Source: Thraustochytrium aureum (Eukaryota). Taken from it: DNA of 42,655 bases. Positions 36,601-42,655 of this stretch are shown piece by piece. The position numbers were made by a program, and so were the translations under genes. The notes beneath the pieces were generated by a model. It had not been told where the DNA came from. It worked only from the letters and a program-made list of their open reading frames with translations, and made no database searches. How positions within the stretch are numbered: the first letter of the stretch is position 1; each line of letters starts with the position of its first letter. The stretch spans positions 108,378 through 151,032 of the forward strand of contig BLSG01000216.1 of NCBI GenBank assembly GCA_012862495.1, in the 5' to 3' direction.

Positions 36601-36877
36601 CTCGCCGTCTGTTGGCCCGACGCCGAACCCGACGCCGAACCCCAAGCAGCCCCCGTCCGTCTCATCGGGCTTGGGTACCAGCCCCGCGGAGGAGTCAAGT
36701 AGCGCGGGCGGAATTGTGGGCGGCCTCTTTGGCGCCCTTGTCGTTTTGGCGGGTGCCGGCTTCCTCTACAAGCGCCACAAGGCAAAGTCCGCCGAGGTTG
36801 ATGCAGGCTCGGACACTGGTTCCGTCAAGTACTCACCCGCCGCGGGGGGGCCTTCGCGCGACGAGAGCATAATCTAG
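33625..36877 (+). CDS. Polysaccharide deacetylase-like paralog 3, about 1083 aa, with a 1-nt frameshift at 35532-35535
   Basis: ORFs 33625..35619 and 35513..36877 join (..EFDVAQGYILRNM..) if one G of GGGG is removed. Motifs MRNDCD, EIGSHSMNHP, GTAQPG, WSGGYSGVGAGYPNAFGF and WPIHDYG; N-terminal TM; P/T/S-rich stalk; C-terminal TM. Confidence 0.8.
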
Positions 36878-37426
36878 TTGAGCACGCTGCTCCGCAAGCT
36901 CTGTACCCTCTGTGTTTTCTGCTGCCGCTGTCCAAGCTCTCTACTACTGTGTCAACGCTGTCCAAGCTCTACTGTGTCAATCAACAAGCACTTTCGTTTC
37001 GTTTCCTTCCAGGTCCGTTGGGTCAGTCGGTCCAGTTGTGGACAGTGCACGGGCGTGAGTGTCTAGCTAGCTAGAGGTACGAGCCCTCTGTCCTGTTTTT
37101 GGCCTGCCCGCAAGTGCCACATGCGGCGCCGACCACGCCTGCAGCAACCTCGGCGCTCTCTGGCTGTCTGATGTCGAGTGGTTGAGCGGCAAGCGCCAGC
37201 AGGAAGGAAGGGGGCTGCGTTCCGAACCGGCCGGAGGGGGCCGCAACGTGCGAAACCCAAACGAATGTCCATGCGTTTTGGCCCAAATTGAAGCGCGCCC
37301 CGCCCGGCTCCAGCTACTCCAGAGCTCTTCTTTCCACCTACCCCCAACTACGCCCGTAGCTACTCTCTCTTCCAGTAGCTCTAGCTAGTAGAGCCAGAGA
37401 GCAGAGCCTGCAGAGCTGGAAGAGGC

Positions 37427-38923
37427 TCAGGTCAGGCGGTTGATGCGCGAAAGCACGACCAAAGCGGAAGCAACGACGGCGCATCCCAGCAACCCCGAGG
37501 GCGAGAGGAGACCGGAAACTCTCGTCTCGTACAGCTCGCCAGAGTCAAGGCGACTCAGCGAAAAGGTCGCGCTGGAGGCGTCGACGTCGTCAAAAGTGCC
37601 GCCCTTGAGCGAACGACGGCCCACGATCCGGCGCACGACCTCAACCGCCGACATGACACCACTCTCCTGCAACGGTATCCGGCGCGCGTTCCAAGCGCCG
37701 CAGTACCAGACTCCGCCAGTGCCTTGCGCCTTGGCTAGGCTTGTCACGGCCTCAAGCGACTCGAGCGTCATGATCGGGCGTTCAAAGACAATGCGGTCGT
37801 CCACCAGCTTGGCGTTGTCAATATCTACAACCGGGTTCCAGGTCTGAAACAGGTTGCCCTTGATGCGTGGAAAGCTGTCGTTCATCCAGATGGTGAACAT
37901 ACTCCCGCCGCGACTTGTGTCTCGGTCGGGGAGAACACCGATGCTCATGGGTGCCCACTTGGACCGGTCGCCGGGCATGACGGACTCGTCTCGGTGAATG
38001 GCCACTTCGCTCGTCTCGTGCTTGAAGACGTGCAATAGGTCCACAAGGCCTGCCGGGGCACCGCTCAGCACTTTGGCGGCGTGGTTGGCCTGCGTCGCGA
38101 GCACAACCAAGTCGAACGACTCGACTTTGCGCGCCCCAGCCTCCACGTACTCTACCTGTGGTACGGCAGGGCCACCTTGGCCTTCATCGGCCAGTACGAC
38201 GCGCTCCACGCTCACGCCCGTCTTGACGCGCTCGACGCGCTTGGTCAAATGGCTGACTGCGTCCTGGGTCCCGAACCGCGTGCGGTACTGGCCGTAAGTC
38301 GTGGTCTTGGCGTAAAACTCCATCACAAGGCCAGCGGGGTAGTCGAGGCAGGCCTCGTATGAGCACGTGCAAACCATTGAGAGCGTCGGCAGAAGCGCCT
38401 TGAACATGTACACCTCCGACAGGCCCAGGTGCGCGATGTAGTCGCGGAGCTTGAGACACGCCAACTTTGGGTTGGCCAGGCCGCGCCCCACGGCGCGCGA
38501 CCACCGATAACCGTCCAGCATGATGCGCAGCGACTCGAAGGGGCGACTCAAGTCTACGTAGGATGGGAGAGCGTACCCGAACAAACGGACGTCTCGATCG
38601 ACGCGGATAAACGGCGAGTACTGGCCCACGGCGAAAGCGACCCACGCCCAGCTCCAGGGCTCGATTTCCACGCCGCTTCGCTCGTACAGCTCCATCAAGC
38701 AGGGGTAGTACGCTTTTGAGAACGACCTCGGCGGCGTGTTCAGCTTGAGCATGCTCCCGTCCGTGGCCTCGACGTTGACGCAGTGGGCGTCCATGCCCAC
38801 ATCGGTGTACTTTTCCAGCAGCGAGACCTGAAACCCTTCCTCCGCCAGCAGATAGGCGCACGACAGGCCAGCGATCCCGCTCCCGATCACCGCCACGCGT
38901 CGTGCGTCGCGCTCGGGCGCCAT
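37427..38923 (-). CDS. FAD-dependent oxidoreductase (amine-oxidase fold, COG2907-like), 498 aa, with C-terminal TM
   Basis: Rossmann motif VAVIGSGIAGLSCAYLL..V.LLEK, FDLVVLATQA..A, IHRDESVMP..RSKW, QGTGGVWYCGAW, QESGVMSA and a hydrophobic tail. Confidence 0.85.
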   Translation of the reverse strand: MAPERDARRVAVIGSGIAGLSCAYLLAEEGFQVSLLEKYTDVGMDAHCVNVEATDGSMLKLNTPPRSFSKAYYPCLMELYERSGVEIEPWSWAWVAFAVGQYSPFIRVDRDVRLFGYALPSYVDLSRPFESLRIMLDGYRWSRAVGRGLANPKLACLKLRDYIAHLGLSEVYMFKALLPTLSMVCTCSYEACLDYPAGLVMEFYAKTTTYGQYRTRFGTQDAVSHLTKRVERVKTGVSVERVVLADEGQGGPAVPQVEYVEAGARKVESFDLVVLATQANHAAKVLSGAPAGLVDLLHVFKHETSEVAIHRDESVMPGDRSKWAPMSIGVLPDRDTSRGGSMFTIWMNDSFPRIKGNLFQTWNPVVDIDNAKLVDDRIVFERPIMTLESLEAVTSLAKAQGTGGVWYCGAWNARRIPLQESGVMSAVEVVRRIVGRRSLKGGTFDDVDASSATFSLSRLDSGELYETRVSGLLSPSGLLGCAVVASALVVLSRINRLT

Positions 38924-38943
38924 TGTTCGCCGCGCTCGACGTG

Positions 38944-38966
38944 CAGATCAGATCAGATCAGATCAG
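38944..38966. repeat. (CAGAT)4 microsatellite just upstream of the oxidoreductase ATG
   Basis: Read directly. Confidence 0.8.
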
Positions 38967-40279
38967 GCCCTGGCTTGCTTGCCACCTCCCCCGCGCGTCT
39001 CGCTGGCGTACAGCCTCGGACGAGCAAACTAACTCGCAGGACCCGGCTCGCCTGTAGGTGCGTTGGTGGTTCGTTGCACGTTGCCTGCCGGGCTCGCCTG
39101 CTCGACTGCGTTCGGGTGTTCGCGCCCAAGCAACGCAGCGAGGGCCGAGCATTACGCTGTCACAGTGCGTGTCGGCCTCAGCTTCGCCTGCGCACCTCGA
39201 GAGACGCTCAAGCAGCGCACGCGGCAGCGGAGGGCGGACGGACGGACGGACGCACAGGCGGCAGGGCGGACGAACGAATGGCGGCTCGCAGCGGACGACC
39301 TGCGAACCACCACGCCATCCATGCCCACTTGCCGAGAACAGCAATGCATCGCGCTCGCTCGTGCATCTTTCGCGTTCACGGTTCGCTCCAGCCCTTGCTC
39401 GCCGCAAGCGGTTCGGCTTGCCGCAAGCAACGCAAGCAGCTTGCCGCAAGGCGCGGCCAAGTTGGCGCAGGATTCAGGACGGCGGGCCGCGGCCGGCCGA
39501 AAGGCGCTCTCTCCGTGCGGGTGCGGGCGGGCTGCGGCGCATTGATTGGACTGTTCTCAGGCTGTTGCTGTTGTGACAAAACAATCTCAAACCTGCTCCA
39601 TTTGCCTGCTGCCTTTCCTTTTGAGCGCATGATCGCATGCACGCACGCACGGGCAGGCAAGAGGCGTATGTCGCCCTCCCTCGAGAACGCGGCGCGAGCC
39701 TGGCAGAGCCTGGCCGGCCGGACGCGCTCCCAGAAACGCCACGCGGTGCATCTCCTTTGATGGTCGTCGAGCGCGTGCATTGTGCTTGATTCTCGCGCTT
39801 CGGCGAAGTTGAAGGCAAATTTTTTAAAACATTTTGATTGGTTGGTTTGTCCGAATGCAGGCGTGTGCTTCTCCGTTTGCGGGGTACAAAGCCGGCTACG
39901 TGCGGAGTCTGTCTGTTGGTTGATGGTCCGAGTGCGGGCCAGCGCGGATCCTGCGTGCCTCAACAAACAGGTCCATGGCGCATGCACAGTTATGCACGCC
40001 GAATGCCCTTGCGCACTTTTGTCACGAGATGCCGTGAGGAGCGTGCGATTCCTGCCGAAAGCCGTACCTCTTGTGCCTGCAGACAAAGGCTTGCCAGCGG
40101 CGACATCGCACATCGCGAACTTGCAGGCCGATCCGTCCATCCAGCGGAAGCGCGCCCATCCATCCACCCATCCGCCACCCACCCATCGATTCCACCCATC
40201 CATCGATTCACGGAATGAAAGCCCAGGCTGCTGCTGCAAGCAAGCTGCATCAGAACGTCGTCCAGAGAGTTGCGATGCT

Positions 40280-40280
<1 letters not shown>

Positions 40281-40311
<31 letters not shown>
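40281..40311. repeat. (CCTG)n microsatellite
   Basis: Read directly. Confidence 0.85.
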
Positions 40312-40312
<1 letters not shown>

Positions 40313-40839
40313 CTGTGCGAGCTGCGAATGGGCACTCGCGCGTGAAGTACCTGTGAACAAGGCCTGGGAGGATGCAACCACGGGTCATCCATCACGCGGC
40401 GCGGCGCTCCAGTCCGTTTCATCGGCCGCGCTAGCGACAGCTCTGGAGAGGCGTCCAGCAAGGCAAGCCGAGCTGCGGCCTCCACGTGCCTGCTTCGTCG
40501 GCGCGCAGGTTGTGTTGGATCGCCTTGGTACGAGCCGCGTTGGTTGGTGGGTGGGTGGACGGAGGAGGCCGAGGTGGGCGTGGTGAGGCAGCAGGAATCG
40601 CCTTCACAAGCGCGATTTGTCCCCTCTCATCAACGAGAGACGTGCCTGCGTCAAGCAATTGCAGCAGCCAGTCCCCGAGTTGCGTCAGGCAGAGCCCGAG
40701 TGCCGCCGAAGCGCAGCAGCAGCAGCAGGCAGGCCTCTGCCAGAGGGCAAGAGCACCAGCAGGCCAGCGAGCGGCAAGGACTGCGAGCAGCACGCCGGGC
40801 GAGCCCTGGCTTGTGTGCGCGCTTCGCGCGCCCAACACG

Positions 40840-42655
40840 ATGCGCACTGTTTTCGCAGCCCTCCGGGGCTCTCCGCGTTGCGGCTGTTGCGGCGCAAGAG
40901 AGGCGAGTCTGGACAGAGCGCGACCGTGTATACCCTCCGTTTTACCAGAGCTACAACGAGGCGACCCATGATGCCGTGTACATGCAGGCCGACGCGCAGT
41001 ACATCTACTTCTCCATGAAGGCCCGCACAGAAGCCAACCCGGAGCGCTGGGCGTTCACTGGCCACACCTTTCTTTACCTGAACACGGACCAGGACCAGAC
41101 GACAGGTTACACCGGGCCCGCCTACACGCCGCGCGGTTTCGAGTTCATCGTCAAGCCCAGCTTCTCGTGGTGGCCTATCGGGATGCTCGAGGGAGCGGTC
41201 GACGTGTACGGTGCGTGCCCAATGTATGGCTCTGACAACTGCGTCGGCACTGGCATCCTTTTCTCAACATCCGACTTCACGTACATCAGAGACAGCTCGG
41301 GGTTGGGACGCGGACTCGAGTTCAACATCTCGCGAGCCAAGCTCGAGGAGTACGTCAACCACCCAATCACCGACATCGACGTCGCTGTATCGCTGCACCT
41401 CAAAGACGATGCAGGGAAAAAAGTCGCAGACGTTCTCGAGCCGTACACGTTCCAAAACTACTTTTCGTTCTACGAGCAAACGAGCCAGCCGCCCGCGTGT
41501 CCTGCGCCCGTAGACCAGAAGCGGTGCGCGGTCCTCTTCTCGACTGACTCGCGCGACAAGTTTTTCCAAGACAAGGCGTACTCGCAGCTCTTTATGTCCA
41601 TGCAGTACCAGACCATGCAGGCCGGGTGCCCAACCGACCGCGTCTCCCTGGACGACTTGATCAACTACGAGCGTCTGTGCGGCACCGACGTGCTCGTGAT
41701 CCCGTACCTTGCGTTCCTCAAGCGCAGCGACTTTGCTGCGGTGCGCAAGGGGCTGTTCATGCTCATCCACGTCTACGGCGTCAGCGTCATCACCTCGGGA
41801 AACTTTCTCACGAATGACGCGTCCGGGGGCTGGGGCTCTACGTTGCCTGGCGACCCTTACTTTAGCATGGGCGCGCTTCTCGGAGTGTACCAGGCTTCGC
41901 CTGTCTTCGCGGACACGACCCGAAACCGCGTTTTCACGACGGCGGACGGTGAACCGCTCTTTGGCGATCTCGGCGCCAACGCGCAGCTCTACGACGACTC
42001 TATCCTCGGCACCTTCACCAACATGTACGTCAAGTTCCCCTCTTCGTTGTACGAGGTCAAGGCGCTGAGCAAGCAAAACTTCGACAAGCTCAACGGAGCC
42101 GCTGGCCAAGAGTTCAACGCCATCGTCTCGAGCGAGCTCCCCGGCACAAACATCTTCGGCCGCACGTCAGGTCGCGTTGTGCACTTTGCTACCCTCGAGA
42201 TCCTCGCCAACTCGGACCTCGTCTGGCGCGCCGTTCGCTGGGCGATCCTCAAGCCGGGCGCCACTTCAATGGGTCTCATGCCCGGCCGCCAGTTCGGCGT
42301 CTTCACAACGCGCGTCGACTGCGACCAGTCACAGTTCCACGACGAGGTCGAGATCCTCATGCCCTACTTTATCGACCACTGGTCCAAGCCCTGGTACGAC
42401 CAGTGGGGCGTCGTCGCCAGCTACTACATCAACATCGGCAACGACCTGAGCGATGGAGCGTACACGGACTGGAACAAGGCGCGCGCGCTCTGGGGCCAGC
42501 TCCTCGCAATCGAGTCCGAGGTAGCTTCACACTCGTACACGCACCCGCACAACATCAGCGACCCGGCGATCAACCTGCAGTTCGAGTTTGGCGACAGCTC
42601 GGACGAAATCAAGCGCGAGATGAACCTCCCTCGTGCCGCTGCGGCGCAGCCGGGG
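40840..42655 (+). CDS. Polysaccharide deacetylase-like paralog 4, partial (runs off the window end); probable 1-nt frameshift near 40863-40868
   Basis: Absent from the ORF track because it has no stop in the window. Manual translation from 40922 gives DRVYPPFYQ..LNTDQDQTTG..AYSQLFMSMQYQTMQAG..GRVVHF..TRVDCDQS..SYYINIGND..EVASHSYTHPHNI..AQPG. ATG 40840 plus a shift gives a signal-like MRTVFAAL..ALRVAAVAA|QE. Confidence 0.8.

Noticed and set aside
38958..40839. ORFs of 150-370 aa in the spacer before paralog 4
   Set aside because: They run through microsatellites, have biased composition and show no recognisable domains.
21636..42655. Bacterial contamination or an operon as the source of the deacetylase genes
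   Set aside because: The genes alternate strands with long spacers, carry eukaryote-style anchors, and are interleaved with GEX1-like and GPI-type genes.

Overview
GC-rich, intron-poor eukaryotic DNA with four N gaps. Gene content (flagellar genes, yeast-type MTD1, compact mostly intronless genes) fits a zoospore-forming protist such as a thraustochytrid; the taxon is inference only. The left part holds an outer-arm dynein LC4-like EF-hand gene, an MTD1-type dehydrogenase, a spliced SGNH-hydrolase gene with a decayed duplicate, and IFT140. The middle holds two divergent genes sharing an unnamed 8-Cys surface domain, separated by nested repeats, and then a GEX1/KAR5/Brambleberry-like nuclear-fusion gene. 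The right part (21.6-42.6 kb) is the most unusual: four paralogous large polysaccharide-deacetylase-like (CE4/NodB-fold) genes, about 1,100 aa where complete, on both strands (-,-,+,+). Three are anchored at both ends, one has lost its metal-binding residues, and they are interleaved with a Cys-rich GPI-type gene and an FAD oxidoreductase. All family calls come from motif recognition by eye; no database searches were run.
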